This document shows, piece by piece, positions 48,600 to 59,533 of a stretch of 64,000 bases of DNA. The notes beneath the pieces were generated by a model, which was not told the DNA's origin, ran no database searches, and saw only the letters and a list, made by a program, of their open reading frames with translations. The first letter of the stretch is position 1. Each line of letters opens with the position of its first letter. Origin of the DNA: an uncultured Collinsella sp. (GTDB lineage: Bacteria; Actinomycetota; Coriobacteriia; Coriobacteriales; Coriobacteriaceae); contig CAUACA010000001.1 of NCBI GenBank assembly GCA_958427355.1, positions 103,269 through 167,268 on the forward strand. The letters are read 5' to 3'. The position numbers were made by a program, and so were the translations under genes.

Positions 48600-50042
48600 G
48601 TGCTTAATAGATTTCGCATGCTTGTCGCCTGTGCTTTGACCTTCGCGCTTTGCTGGGTGCCGGGATTTGCGTTTGCCGGGGACGCCGAGGATGGGGCCCA
48701 GGTTGCTGCGACCGCTCATGGGCTTTCCTATGGAATCGAGGGTTTTGAGCGGTTGGCGAAGGGGACCGCTCGTGCCATGGAGGGCCAGCCTGAGGGCTAC
48801 CGGTTTCCCGTTGACGAGGATGTGGACCTTGTAGTGGCGCCTGCTGCCGATCGCGTTGTGGCGTGGATATCGCCCAAGGCGGTCGAGAAGTATGGATTGG
48901 ATCCGCAGGACAACGAGTGCGTATCGGGTCTCAAGGCCCTCGTCTGTGACCTCGACAGCGCAAACTGCATGGGAGGTGCGCAGCTGGGGGACGTGGATCT
49001 TCCTTGGTATGTCACGGAGGAAACTACGTTTGATGCCGGCGGGTATACCTATGGCTTTGATGAGCGTGGTGCGGATGGGGACCGCTATGTGGTGATTGCA
49101 TCAGCCTCGGGTGATGCCAAGGGCGGCGCGCGTTGGCTTGATAGCGCTCAAATGGTAGAGGCGTCGTCTGTCATATTGCGGGATGAGCAGGGGCCCTTGA
49201 CCTCTCTGGTCTCCTTTTTGGGCGATATCGACTATCGCCCGTTTTGGGTGTCCATAAAAACGAGCGGCCTTGCACTGCTGATCTCCTTTGCGCTGGGCTT
49301 GTTCGCCGCGTGGAAGACCATGGGTACCTCGAGTCGCATCAAGGGCCTGCTCGACTCGGTCTTTACCATCCCCATGGTGCTGCCGCCCACGGTCTGCGGC
49401 TTTCTGCTCCTCATGCTGTTTGGCCGCTCGACCGGGGTGGGCCAGTGGCTCATTGCGCACGGCATCTCGATTGTCTTTACGTGGCCGGCGGCGGTGATCT
49501 CTGCCGTGGTGGTGTCGTTCCCGCTCGTCTACCGTACGGCGCTCGGCGCCTTTGAGAGCTTCGACACGCAAATGCTCGATGCGGCGCGAACCCTGGGATG
49601 GTCCGAGCGTCGCATCTTTACCAAGCTTATGATGCCGCTCGGCTGGCCCTCGATTGCCGCCGGCACGGTGCTCGCCTTTGCCCGTGCGATGGGCGAGTTT
49701 GGCTGCACCCTGTTCTTTGCGGGCAACTACGCCGGCGTTACGCAGACCATCCCCATTGCCATCTACTTTGAGTGGATGGGCGGCAACACCTCGGTGGCCC
49801 TCTTTTGGGTCGCTGTCGTGATCGTGTTTAGTTTCCTAGTCATCCTGTTCATCAACATGTACACCGCTCATTCGCAAAAGTATCGCGAGCGGGGCCTTTC
49901 CCGTGCGGAGCGGAAGCAGGCTAAGGAGCTTGCCGGACAAGGCGATTCGCTCGATCCCGTCGGTGGCGATGCGCTGCGTATCGATCGCGAGGCATTGGCT
50001 GAGCTCATGCGCGATGATGCGGTCGCAAAGGGAGGTCGATAA
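48600..50042 (+). CDS. modB: Molybdate ABC permease with long N-terminal extracytoplasmic extension
   Basis: PMVLPPTV.G and FARAMGEFG in the C-terminal half; start approximate. Confidence 0.85.
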   Translation: MLNRFRMLVACALTFALCWVPGFAFAGDAEDGAQVAATAHGLSYGIEGFERLAKGTARAMEGQPEGYRFPVDEDVDLVVAPAADRVVAWISPKAVEKYGLDPQDNECVSGLKALVCDLDSANCMGGAQLGDVDLPWYVTEETTFDAGGYTYGFDERGADGDRYVVIASASGDAKGGARWLDSAQMVEASSVILRDEQGPLTSLVSFLGDIDYRPFWVSIKTSGLALLISFALGLFAAWKTMGTSSRIKGLLDSVFTIPMVLPPTVCGFLLLMLFGRSTGVGQWLIAHGISIVFTWPAAVISAVVVSFPLVYRTALGAFESFDTQMLDAARTLGWSERRIFTKLMMPLGWPSIAAGTVLAFARAMGEFGCTLFFAGNYAGVTQTIPIAIYFEWMGGNTSVALFWVAVVIVFSFLVILFINMYTAHSQKYRERGLSRAERKQAKELAGQGDSLDPVGGDALRIDREALAELMRDDAVAKGGR

Positions 50043-50045
50043 GCC

Positions 50046-51116
50046 ATGTCGCTCGTTCTGGATATCAAAAAGCGCTATCCGGGGTTCACCCTCGACATCC
50101 AACTCGAAGCCGGCGAGGAGTGCGTGGCGCTGCTGGGCGCCTCGGGTTGCGGCAAGAGCTGCACGCTGCGCTGCATTGCCGGTGTGGAGACGCCCGACGA
50201 GGGCAAGATCGTCGTCAACGGCGTGACCTTTTTTGACTCGGCGGCGGGCATCAACCTGTCGCCCCAGGAGCGCAAATGCGCCCTGCTGTTCCAAAACTAT
50301 CAGCTGTTTCCCAACATGACGGTGGCCGATAACGTATGCGCCGGTGTAGAGGATGCAGGCGACGCCGCCGCGCGCAAAAAGCTCGCCGAGCGCTACTTGG
50401 GCATTTTTGGCCTGGCCGATTTTGCCGACCGCTATCCCGCGCGCCTCTCGGGCGGCCAGCAGCAGCGCGTGGCGCTTGCTCGCATGGTGGCGGCGCACCC
50501 GGGCATTTTTATGTTCGATGAGCCCATGAGCGCGCTCGATTCCTATCTTAAGAGCGCCCTCGAGCAGAACATGCTCGACCTGTTCGATGTGTGCAACCGT
50601 ACCGTGCTCTACGTGAGTCATGACATCGACGAGGCGTGCCGTCTGTGTGAGCGCATCTGCGTGATGCATAACGGCCGCGTGGAGGAGATCGGCTCTGTCG
50701 AGGATGTGGTCCGCCGCCCGCAGACGCTGGCGGCGCTGCGCCTGACGGGGTGCAAGAACACAAGCCGCGCGCGCAAGATTGGGCCTCAGGAAGTTGAAGC
50801 CCTTGATTGGGGTATGACCTTTAACGTAGGTCGCGAGGTTCCCGATAATGTGGCGTACCTGGGCATTCGCGCAAGCTACTTCCATGTTGACAACCGTGTC
50901 GAGCGTGGTCGCAACAGCTATGACCTACATGTGGCCCGCGTGAGCGATTCGCGTTTTGAGCGCCTGGTGCTGCTGGATGTGCCGCGTGTTGATGCGCCGA
51001 CGCGCTTGCAGTGGAAAGTGAATAAGGTGAGTGTACCCGTGGAAGAGCTGCCGCAGGCGGGTGAGACCCTGCGCATGCATTTTGATGCCAGCAGGATTCA
51101 TCTCGTTTGCCGATAG
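50046..51116 (+). CDS. modC: Molybdate ABC ATP-binding protein
   Basis: GASGCGKS, LSGGQQQR, FDEP; operon context. Confidence 0.87.
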   Translation: MSLVLDIKKRYPGFTLDIQLEAGEECVALLGASGCGKSCTLRCIAGVETPDEGKIVVNGVTFFDSAAGINLSPQERKCALLFQNYQLFPNMTVADNVCAGVEDAGDAAARKKLAERYLGIFGLADFADRYPARLSGGQQQRVALARMVAAHPGIFMFDEPMSALDSYLKSALEQNMLDLFDVCNRTVLYVSHDIDEACRLCERICVMHNGRVEEIGSVEDVVRRPQTLAALRLTGCKNTSRARKIGPQEVEALDWGMTFNVGREVPDNVAYLGIRASYFHVDNRVERGRNSYDLHVARVSDSRFERLVLLDVPRVDAPTRLQWKVNKVSVPVEELPQAGETLRMHFDASRIHLVCR

Positions 51117-51205
51117 CGCGGCGTGCGGGTACGGCCGGGAATCGGCTTTTTGACCGTCCGGCTCCTTAGCGGGTCGCCATTCGCCGAATCCGGGATGACA
51201 AAATC

Positions 51206-51232
51206 TTATCAATCTGATAACTATTTATCAGA
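51206..51232. promoter_or_regulatory. Palindromic operator upstream of the selenium/DCCP cluster
   Basis: TCTGATAA-ctat-TTATCAGA (51213-51232), overlapping TTATCA-atc-TGATAA. Confidence 0.55.
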
Positions 51233-51341
51233 CAGCGAAATGCTCGCATCCCGAAGCTGTCGTACACGTGTCGGCGGTGTTCGTCTGGATGATGACCGCT
51301 GATATAGTTTCCTTCAATAAGAAAAAAAGGAGGGTGCGCAC

Positions 51342-51452
51342 ATGCCGCAGACGACATACATTCGCCGCGTTGCCGCGCGTGCCCTATATATGGCTCGGAG
51401 CCGCATATGAGCAGGTACGTTCACGGCTCCGGGAGAGACGACGCACAACTAA
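51342..51452 (+). other. Candidate leader uORF (22 aa to UGA 51408-51410; 36 aa to UAA if read through)
   Basis: AAGGAGG RBS at 51327-51333, ATG at 51342. Confidence 0.45.
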
Positions 51453-51569
51453 ATAATCAGCTGCAAAGCAGGTTCCCCAAAATTCCGGGTTTGAGCACGG
51501 CTGGGTTTTCGCCACCCGCCGTGCAGCAATACCGTAGCTATTCATTTTTGGTTCGAGAGGGGAACCGTC

Positions 51570-52853
51570 ATGGCTGAAGAATTTGATTTCCATCCGATGT
51601 GGGAGAGCCTCGGCATGAATCTTGCCGACCACGACATGCTGCTGGGCGCCGTGGGCCAGATGTACGGCGATATGTTCCTGACGCAGAACAATCGCCCCAA
51701 GTCCACGTCCTACCTGGATTTTGTCGCCACCAACATCCACAGCGGCCGTATTAAGGAGATGCTCGACAAGAAGGAGGCCGGCGAGGCCACCAAGATCGTC
51801 GGTTCGTTCTGCGTGTACGTGCCCGAGGAGATCGTGCTTGCCTGTGATGGCATTCCCGTTGGTCTGTGCTCGGGTGCCGATTGGGCAACCGATAAGGTCG
51901 AGGAGCACCTGCCACGCAACACCTGCCCGCTTATCAAGAGCTTTGCCGGCTTTAAGCTGGGCGAGGTCTGCCCCTATATCGAGTCGAGCGACCTGGTGGT
52001 AGGCGAGAACACCTGCGATGGCAAGAAGAAAGCTTACGAGTTCTTTGCCACGCAAAAGAACATGTACGTCATGGATATTCCCAACGTGCACGACGAGTCG
52101 ACGCTCGTGACCTGGAAGGCCGAGGTCAAGAAGCTCGCCGCCAAGATCGAGGAAGAGTGCGGCGTCACGATTACGCCTGAGCGTCTGAAGGCTGCCATCC
52201 ACGCCGTCAACGAGAAGCGCCGTGCCCTGCAGCGCCTGGCTGCGACCCGCGCTGCCGATCCGGCGCCCATCAGCGGTCTCGATAGCCTGCTGACCGTTCA
52301 GGCCGCCTTTATGGACGACACGCCGCGTCTGACCGGAGCCATCAACGAGATGGCCGCCGAGTGCGAGCAGCGCGTTGAGGCCGGCGAGGGCGTGGCGCCC
52401 AAGGGGACCAAGCGCATCCTGTACACCGGCACGCCCATGGCCGTGCCCAACTGGAAGCTGTTCAACCTCATCGAGAAGGCCGGCGGCGTTGTGGTAGGCG
52501 AGGAGTCCTGTACGGGCTCGCGCTACTACAAGGACCTGGTCGACGAGTCCGGTGAGACGGTCGACGAGATGCTCGACGCCATCGCCGAGCGCTACTTTAA
52601 GATTAACTGCGCCGTCTTTACGCCCAACGATCAGCGTATGAAGGACATTGTCCAGATGGCCAAGGACTTGCATGCCGACGGCATCGTCGACGTGGCCCTG
52701 CAGTTCTGCACGCTCTACGAGATGGAGTCGTTTGCCGTGGAGAAGGCTGCCGAGGAGGCCGGCATTCCGTTTATGCACATCACGACCGACTACGCCGGCG
52801 AGGATGCCGGTCAGCTCCAGACCCGCATCGAAGCCTTCCTCGAGACGATTTAG
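51570..52853 (+). CDS. Double-cubane-cluster protein / 2-hydroxyacyl-CoA dehydratase-family subunit
   Basis: GSFCVYVPEE, LCSG, PRNTCPLIKS, CPY, ENTCDGKKK, EESCTG, INCA, QFC, QTRIEAFLE. Confidence 0.88.
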   Translation: MAEEFDFHPMWESLGMNLADHDMLLGAVGQMYGDMFLTQNNRPKSTSYLDFVATNIHSGRIKEMLDKKEAGEATKIVGSFCVYVPEEIVLACDGIPVGLCSGADWATDKVEEHLPRNTCPLIKSFAGFKLGEVCPYIESSDLVVGENTCDGKKKAYEFFATQKNMYVMDIPNVHDESTLVTWKAEVKKLAAKIEEECGVTITPERLKAAIHAVNEKRRALQRLAATRAADPAPISGLDSLLTVQAAFMDDTPRLTGAINEMAAECEQRVEAGEGVAPKGTKRILYTGTPMAVPNWKLFNLIEKAGGVVVGEESCTGSRYYKDLVDESGETVDEMLDAIAERYFKINCAVFTPNDQRMKDIVQMAKDLHADGIVDVALQFCTLYEMESFAVEKAAEEAGIPFMHITTDYAGEDAGQLQTRIEAFLETI

Positions 52854-53039
52854 CCGCACCTGCGCTAAGCCGTGCCGCCGGGTGTTCCTATCCACGCGAT
52901 AGGGATTTCTCCGTTGCCATGTCGGCCGGTGTCCGGATGCACCGCAGGGCGCCGATCGGCTTCGCATAACTGCCGGGGCGGGGGGATTTCCGCCGTCCCG
53001 GCAGATTCTATCTGTTTATTCAGACACGAAAGGAACTCA

Positions 53040-54650
53040 ATGAACAACGACCTTTTCAAGGCGGGCGTTTCCCGTCGCGGTTTTCTGACCGGCTCCGCTG
53101 CCCTGTGCGTCATGGCGGGCCTCGGCCTCACCGGCTGCGGCGGTTCGGGCGCCGAGAGCGGTAGCGCCGCTGCCTCCGGCCAGGATGTGGAGTATCGCGA
53201 CGAGCTGCAGATCGCGTTACCGGCGAGCCCGGACGGTCTCGATCCGCACACCACGTCGTCGCTTGTGACCATGGACATCATCTGCAACGTCGTCGAGCCG
53301 CTCTTTGGCCTCGATAGCGACTACGAGCCCCAGCCCGTGCTGGCCAAGGGCTATGAGGTCTCCGACGACGGCCTGACCTACACCATCAAGCTGCGCGAGG
53401 GCGTCACCTTCCACAACGGCAAGGAGTTTGGCTCCGAGGACGTCGTGGCCTCGATGAACCGCTGGCTCACCGTCAACGACCGCGCCGCGAGCCTGCTGCC
53501 CGGCGCCACCTTCGCCGCCTCGGGCGACCACGAGGTCACCTGCACGCTGACCGAGCCCGCCATCGACTTTCTGATCATCCTGGGCAACCACTCCCAGTAT
53601 CCGGGTATCTTCCCCTCCGAGGTCATCGAGGCCGCGGGCGATACCGGCGTGACCGAGTACGTGGGTACCGGTGCCTACAAGTTTGTGGAGTGGAAGCAGG
53701 ACCAGTACGTCCATCTCACCCGCTGCGAAGACTATGTCGCCGCTCACGGCAAGGCTTCGGGCTACACCGGCAAGGTCTCCGCGCCCACCAAGGACATCTA
53801 CTATCAGTTCGTGACCGAGGCCTCCACGCGCGTGAGCGGGTTTGAGACCGGCGAGTACGATATCGCTGGCGAGATCCCCACCGAGAACTACCACGACTTC
53901 GACGGCAACGACGACGTCAAGCTCTACACCCATAACGCCGGCGTTCTGACCGCCTTCCTCAACATGAACGAGGGCATCTTCGCCGACGAGGAGATCCGCA
54001 AGTGCGCCCTCATGGCTATCGACTGCGAGGCGGCCGCTCTTGCCGCCTATGGCGAGAAGGAGCTTTTCAACATCGATCCCAACCTTGGCAACCCCGAGAA
54101 CACTCAGTGGGCGACTGACGCGGGCAAGAAGTACTTCAACCAGGCCGACGCCAAGGCCGCCAAGAAGGCCCTGGCCAAGACCTCCTATGCCGGTGAGACG
54201 GTCAAGCTGCTGACCACCCCCGACTACAAGGATATGTACAACGCCACCGTCGCGCTGCAGGAGCAGCTCGAGAAGGCCGGCTTCACCGCCGAAGTCGAGA
54301 GCTATGAGTTCGCGACCTTCATGGACATCCGCTCCGGCAAGCCCGAGCAGTGGGACCTCTTTGTGGCCTCCACCAACTACAAGCCCATCCCGGCCCAGTC
54401 CCTCTCGGTCTCCAAGGCCTTCTATGGCCTGTCCGACGAGAAGGCGCTCAAGCTCGTGGCCGAGACCCGCACCGCCAAGGACACCGACGCCGCGGCCAAA
54501 AAGTGGGCCGAGGCTCAGGAGCGCCTCTATGAGATCGCCGTCATCGAGCCGCTTTGCCACTATGCTTCCATCACGGGCACCCAGGCAGATGTCGAGGACG
54601 TCGAGGTGCTCGACGGCGCCATCGTTTGGAATGCCAAGCGTCCGGAGTAA
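53040..54650 (+). CDS. Family 5 (peptide/nickel) ABC substrate-binding lipoprotein
   Basis: SRRGFL with LTGC; LDP, LREGVTFHNG, GTGAYKF. Confidence 0.9.
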   Translation: MNNDLFKAGVSRRGFLTGSAALCVMAGLGLTGCGGSGAESGSAAASGQDVEYRDELQIALPASPDGLDPHTTSSLVTMDIICNVVEPLFGLDSDYEPQPVLAKGYEVSDDGLTYTIKLREGVTFHNGKEFGSEDVVASMNRWLTVNDRAASLLPGATFAASGDHEVTCTLTEPAIDFLIILGNHSQYPGIFPSEVIEAAGDTGVTEYVGTGAYKFVEWKQDQYVHLTRCEDYVAAHGKASGYTGKVSAPTKDIYYQFVTEASTRVSGFETGEYDIAGEIPTENYHDFDGNDDVKLYTHNAGVLTAFLNMNEGIFADEEIRKCALMAIDCEAAALAAYGEKELFNIDPNLGNPENTQWATDAGKKYFNQADAKAAKKALAKTSYAGETVKLLTTPDYKDMYNATVALQEQLEKAGFTAEVESYEFATFMDIRSGKPEQWDLFVASTNYKPIPAQSLSVSKAFYGLSDEKALKLVAETRTAKDTDAAAKKWAEAQERLYEIAVIEPLCHYASITGTQADVEDVEVLDGAIVWNAKRPE

Positions 54651-54738
54651 TGCAATAGATGGCGTGGCGGTTGGAGGGGTCTGGTCCCCTGTGGCCGCTA
54701 CGCCCTGTCCACGTTCAGAGAGGAAATAGACGCCTCGC

Positions 54739-55692
54739 ATGTTGAAGTACACGCTCAAACGTATAGGCGCGATGGTTCCAGTGATGCTCATCATCTCGGT
54801 CGTCGTGTTTTTGATTATCTATCTCACACCGGGCGACCCGGCCTCTTCGATGCTCGGCATGGAGGCTTCGGCCGACCAGATCGAGCGCGTCAACGATAGC
54901 CTGGGACTCAACGAGCCGCTGCCGCAGCGCTACGTTGAGTGGATGGGCGGCGTGCTTACCGGCGACCTGGGCGATTCGTATTTTATGCGCCAGCCCGTCA
55001 CGCAGGCGATCGCCGAGCACTTTGGCCCCACGCTATCGCTCGCGCTTCTGGCACAGCTTATCGCGCTGTTGATTGCACTGCCCTGCGGCGTCGTCGCCGC
55101 CCTCAAACATGGGTCGCGCACCGACGCGGTCTTGCGTGTCGTTGCTCTTTTGGGCGTGGCGATACCCGGCTTTTTGATGGCGCTCATGCTTATGTGGCTG
55201 TTTGCCGTCACGTTGCGTGTGTTCCCGGTGGCCGGCTATGCGCCGCTATCGAAGGGCTGGTTCAGCCATTTACGTTATCTTGCGTTGCCGGCCATATCGC
55301 TTGGATGCGTGCAGGCGGCCCTGCTCATGCGCATGACCCGTTCGAGCGTGATCGAGGCCATGCAGCTCGACTGCGTCAAGACGGCACGTGCCAAGGGCGT
55401 CTCCGAGGTTCGCGTGGTGCTAGCCCATGCCCTGCGCAACGCAGCGCTGCCGATTCTCACCTCGGTCGGCTATTCTTTTGGCGCCCTGATTACGGGCGCC
55501 GTGGTGACTGAGGCCATTTTTAACATCCCCGGTTTGGGCCAGCTGGTCACGAGCTCTATCGAGCGTCGCGACTATCCGGTGATTCAGGGCGTGCTGCTGG
55601 TCATCGCCTTGTTGAATTCGGTGATCAATCTGACTGTCGACCTTGCCTACGGCGCTTTTGACCCGCGCGCTCGCAAATGGGGCGATGCATGA
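54739..55692 (+). CDS. ABC permease (OppB/DppB-like)
   Basis: PGDPA, GDLG.S, TARAKG, HALRNA, RDYPVIQG. Confidence 0.92.
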   Translation: MLKYTLKRIGAMVPVMLIISVVVFLIIYLTPGDPASSMLGMEASADQIERVNDSLGLNEPLPQRYVEWMGGVLTGDLGDSYFMRQPVTQAIAEHFGPTLSLALLAQLIALLIALPCGVVAALKHGSRTDAVLRVVALLGVAIPGFLMALMLMWLFAVTLRVFPVAGYAPLSKGWFSHLRYLALPAISLGCVQAALLMRMTRSSVIEAMQLDCVKTARAKGVSEVRVVLAHALRNAALPILTSVGYSFGALITGAVVTEAIFNIPGLGQLVTSSIERRDYPVIQGVLLVIALLNSVINLTVDLAYGAFDPRARKWGDA

Positions 55693-56519
55693 TGACAAAC
55701 TTTAAGAAGGCTCTTGCCAATAAGGGGTTTGTGGTCGGCGGCTGCATTTTCCTGGCGATTGCGCTGATCGCGCTCGTCGGTCCGCTGGTGTGGACGGTTG
55801 ATCCCAATGCGCAGGAGATGACGTTGCGACTTTTGGCACCTTCGCCCGCGCATCCCTTTGGCTGCGATGACTTTGGCCGCGACCTGCTTGCCCGCGTCAT
55901 CGCGGGCGCGCGCGTGTCGCTTGGCGTCGGCATTGCCGTCACGCTCGCGACGAGTGTGCTCGGCTTGGTGATCGGCGCCTATGCGTGCTACAACGAGAGG
56001 CTCGACCATATTCTCATGCGCATCTGCGACGGCCTTATGTCCATTCCGGGCGTGCTGCTGGCCATCGCGCTCATGGCGATGATGGGGGCGAGCGTGTGGA
56101 ACGTCATCATCGCGCTCTCCATCGTCTATACGCCCAGCATGGCGCGCATCGTGCGCTCGCGCGCGATGGTGGTCAAGGAGGAGCCCTTTGTGGAGGCCCT
56201 GCGCGTGCAGGGCGCCTCGACCGCGCGCATCGTGTGGCTGCATATCGTGCCCAACGTGATGGCGCCCTTCCTGGTGCAGGCGACCTTCGTCTTTGCCGAG
56301 GCCGTGCTCTCTGAGGCCGCCCTCTCGTTTTTGGGCCTGGGTATCAAGGCACCCGACGCCAGCTGGGGAAACATCCTGCAGGCGGGCAAGAACGTGATGC
56401 GCAAAGCCCCGTGGATGATCTTCTTCCCGGCAGCGGCCATCATCGCGAGCGTGCTTTCGCTGAACCTTGCCGGCGACGGCCTGCGCGACGCCCTCGACCC
56501 CAAGACCAAGGAGGACTAG
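55689..56519 (+). CDS. ABC permease (OppC/DppC-like)
   Basis: H.FG.D..GRD, EAALSFLGLG, GDGLRDALDP. Confidence 0.92.
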   Translation: MMTNFKKALANKGFVVGGCIFLAIALIALVGPLVWTVDPNAQEMTLRLLAPSPAHPFGCDDFGRDLLARVIAGARVSLGVGIAVTLATSVLGLVIGAYACYNERLDHILMRICDGLMSIPGVLLAIALMAMMGASVWNVIIALSIVYTPSMARIVRSRAMVVKEEPFVEALRVQGASTARIVWLHIVPNVMAPFLVQATFVFAEAVLSEAALSFLGLGIKAPDASWGNILQAGKNVMRKAPWMIFFPAAAIIASVLSLNLAGDGLRDALDPKTKED

Positions 56520-56522
56520 CCC

Positions 56523-57518
56523 ATGAGCGAACATCTTTTGGACGTGCGCGACCTGTGCATCTCGTTTGTGGGCCGCGATGGCAACGCGCTGGAAGCCGTC
56601 AACAAACTCAACCTACATATCGATGCCGGCGAGATCGTCGGTGTTGTCGGCGAGTCCGGCTGCGGTAAGTCGGTGTTTGCCCAGAGTGTCATGCGCCTCT
56701 TGGAGCATGAACAGAAGATGGCCTATACCGGTCAGATTCTCTTTGACGGGGAGGACCTGCTCGCGCGCCCGCTCAAGCGCATGCGCGAGGTGCGCGGCTG
56801 TGACATCGCCATGATTTTCCAGGACCCGCTGTCCTCACTCAACCCCGTCATGACGGTCGGGGCCCAGGTCGTCGAGGCCGTGCGGGCCCACCGTAAGGTG
56901 AGCCGACGCGAAGCCCGCAACGAGGCTCTATCGCTGTTGGAGCGTGTGGGAATTCGAGATGCCGCGGCTCGCTTCGACATGTATCCGGGCGATTTTAGCG
57001 GCGGTATGCGCCAGCGTGTGATGATTGCCATGGCGCTTGCCGGTCATCCGCGCCTGCTTATCGCCGACGAGCCCACCACGGCACTCGACACGACGACTCA
57101 AAAACAGATTTTGGATCTCCTGCGCGACCTCAACAGTTCCGAGGGCATGGCGGTGCTTTTTATCAGCCATGATTTGGGTGTCGTCACGAGCATCTGCTCG
57201 CGCGTGCACGTCATGTATCTGGGCCAAATCGTAGAAGAGATCGATGCCTGCGGCCTTATGGAGCGCCCGAGCCACCCGTATGCCCAGGGGCTCATCGCGA
57301 GCATTCCTCCGCTCGAAGGCGAGCGAGTTGACACGCTGGCGGATATTCCGGGCACAGTGCCGCCGCTTACGGCAATACCCTGTGGATGCCGCTTTGCGCC
57401 TCGTTGCGCCCAGGCGGACGAGCGTTGCCGCGCGCAGGAGCCTCCGCTGGTTGCCGTGAATGCGTGCGACCGGTCTAAATGCTGGCTTGTCGAGAAAGGG
57501 GAGTGCCATGGCTGTTGA
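56523..57518 (+). CDS. ABC ATP-binding protein (OppD/DppD-like)
   Basis: GESGCGKS, SGGMRQR, ADEPTTALD, GCRFAPRC. Confidence 0.92.
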   Translation: MSEHLLDVRDLCISFVGRDGNALEAVNKLNLHIDAGEIVGVVGESGCGKSVFAQSVMRLLEHEQKMAYTGQILFDGEDLLARPLKRMREVRGCDIAMIFQDPLSSLNPVMTVGAQVVEAVRAHRKVSRREARNEALSLLERVGIRDAAARFDMYPGDFSGGMRQRVMIAMALAGHPRLLIADEPTTALDTTTQKQILDLLRDLNSSEGMAVLFISHDLGVVTSICSRVHVMYLGQIVEEIDACGLMERPSHPYAQGLIASIPPLEGERVDTLADIPGTVPPLTAIPCGCRFAPRCAQADERCRAQEPPLVAVNACDRSKCWLVEKGECHGC

Positions 57519-58293
57519 TAGCGAAGCCCTGCTTAGGGTCTCACATCTGACTAAAACGTATCCCATGCCGGGCTCAGGTTTTAAGCGTCAGGCCTTTACC
57601 GCCGTGGACGATCTGTCGTTTGAGATCGCGCCGGGCGAGGTCTATGGCCTGGTTGGCGAATCCGGATCGGGCAAGTCGACGACTGGACGCCTGATCTGTG
57701 GTCTCGAACGTGCGGATTCCGGCTCGATTGTCTATCGTGGGCACGACCTCGCCACGATGTCGGAGCGCGAACGTAAGCCGTTTCGCCGCGAGATCCAGCT
57801 GGTATTCCAGGATAGCTCTACGGCTTTTGACCCGCGCAACCGTGTCGGCCGCATTTTGGAGGAGCCGCTGATTATCGCCGGCGTGCGTGATGCGGATGAG
57901 CGCCATGGGCGCGCGCTCTCGGCTCTAGCCTCGGTCGGTCTTCTGGCAGAGCATTACGACCGCTATCCGCATGACCTTTCGGGAGGACAGCGTCAGCGAC
58001 TCAATCTGGCACGGGCGCTTATTTGCGAGCCGCGCCTTGTGGTATGCGACGAGCCGGTCTCGGCGCTTGACGTGTCCGTGCAGGCCCAAGTGCTCAACTT
58101 GCTTCGCGACCTGCAACGCACGACGGGTGTGGCGCTGCTGTTTATCACGCATGATATGCGTGTGGTTCGGCATATGTCCGACCGGATTGGTGTGCTCTAC
58201 CACGGTCGTCTTGTCGAGGAAGGCGCGGCCGAGGACGTGATCGCGCACCCGAGCGATCCGTATACGCAGGAGCTTATCGACGCCATTCCCTAG
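57508..58293 (+). CDS. ABC ATP-binding protein (OppF/DppF-like)
   Basis: [25 protein letters not shown]. Confidence 0.92.
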   Translation: MAVDSEALLRVSHLTKTYPMPGSGFKRQAFTAVDDLSFEIAPGEVYGLVGESGSGKSTTGRLICGLERADSGSIVYRGHDLATMSERERKPFRREIQLVFQDSSTAFDPRNRVGRILEEPLIIAGVRDADERHGRALSALASVGLLAEHYDRYPHDLSGGQRQRLNLARALICEPRLVVCDEPVSALDVSVQAQVLNLLRDLQRTTGVALLFITHDMRVVRHMSDRIGVLYHGRLVEEGAAEDVIAHPSDPYTQELIDAIP

Positions 58294-58369
58294 AGGATGC
58301 TTCCTTTTGGGTATGGCGTGGGTTCGTTGTTTAATTGTCGGTATATCGGTACAAGAGAGGGGAACTACT

Positions 58370-59533
58370 ATGGCCGATATTGAGGAACAGCCGTTGCCGT
58401 CCACGTTTGAGGAGTTCAACGAGCAACGCAAGGCGGCGTTTATTCGCGTCAAGGATTATAAGCAGGCGGGTAATCGCCTGGTCGGCTTTTTGTGCAGCTA
58501 TACGCCGCTCGAAATTATCGATGCCGCGGGCGCTGCAAGTGTGGCCTTGTGCGGTACGTCCGACGAGGTGATTCCCGAGGCTGAGAAGGTGCTGCCGGCA
58601 AATCTGTGTCCGCTCATCAAGTCGACGTACGGTTTTGCCTACTCGCAAAAGTGCCCGTTTACGTACTTTAGCGACATGATCATCGGCGAGACCACCTGCG
58701 ACGGCAAGAAGAAGATGTACGAGCTACTAAACGAGCTCAAGCGCACGCACATTCTGCATCTTCCGCAGGGCCGCGACCGCGCCTACGAGCGCGAGGGCTG
58801 GTACGAGGAGTGCCGCCTGCTCAAGGAGGAGCTCGAGGGCTTCTACGGCATCACGATTACCGACGATGATCTGCGCGCTGCCGTCCGTCGTCGCAACCGC
58901 TTGCGTGCAGCCCAGCTCGACATGTTTGCGCTGCAGGCCAACCAGCCTGCGGCCATGAGCGGCGTCGACCTGATGAGCACCATGTTTGCCGGCACGTTCA
59001 GCTTTGATATCGAGGCCTATACGCAGCAGCTGGAGCAAAAGGTCGCCAAGCTGCGCGAGGCCTACGACGCGGGCGAGCGCCCGGTCGCGGCGGATGCCAA
59101 GCGCATTCTGATTACCGGCTGCCCGGTGGGTGGCGTGATCAATAAGATCGGTCGCACCATCGAGTCCAACGGCGGTGTGGTCGTGTGCATGGACGACTGC
59201 TCGGGCGAGCGCACGGCGGCCATGATGATCGATCCGGAGGCTCCCGACATCCTGCGCGCCATCGCCGACCGCTACCTGGATATCAACTGCTCGGTCATGA
59301 CGCCCAACGACGGTCGTATGGAAAACACGCTGGCCATGTGCGAGAAGTATCATGTCGATGGCGTAGTGGAGAGCGTGCTCCAGGCGTGCCACACCTTTAA
59401 CGTGGAGAGTGCGCGCATGCAGGAGGCCGTCGAGGGTGCGGATATTCCGTACATGAAGATCGAGACCGACTACAGCAACGGCGACATGGGCCAGATCGAG
59501 ACCCGCATCGCCGCCTTCATCGAAACCCTCTAG
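58370..59533 (+). CDS. Second double-cubane-cluster protein / 2-hydroxyacyl-CoA dehydratase-family subunit
   Basis: [51 protein letters not shown]. Confidence 0.88.
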   Translation: MADIEEQPLPSTFEEFNEQRKAAFIRVKDYKQAGNRLVGFLCSYTPLEIIDAAGAASVALCGTSDEVIPEAEKVLPANLCPLIKSTYGFAYSQKCPFTYFSDMIIGETTCDGKKKMYELLNELKRTHILHLPQGRDRAYEREGWYEECRLLKEELEGFYGITITDDDLRAAVRRRNRLRAAQLDMFALQANQPAAMSGVDLMSTMFAGTFSFDIEAYTQQLEQKVAKLREAYDAGERPVAADAKRILITGCPVGGVINKIGRTIESNGGVVVCMDDCSGERTAAMMIDPEAPDILRAIADRYLDINCSVMTPNDGRMENTLAMCEKYHVDGVVESVLQACHTFNVESARMQEAVEGADIPYMKIETDYSNGDMGQIETRIAAFIETL

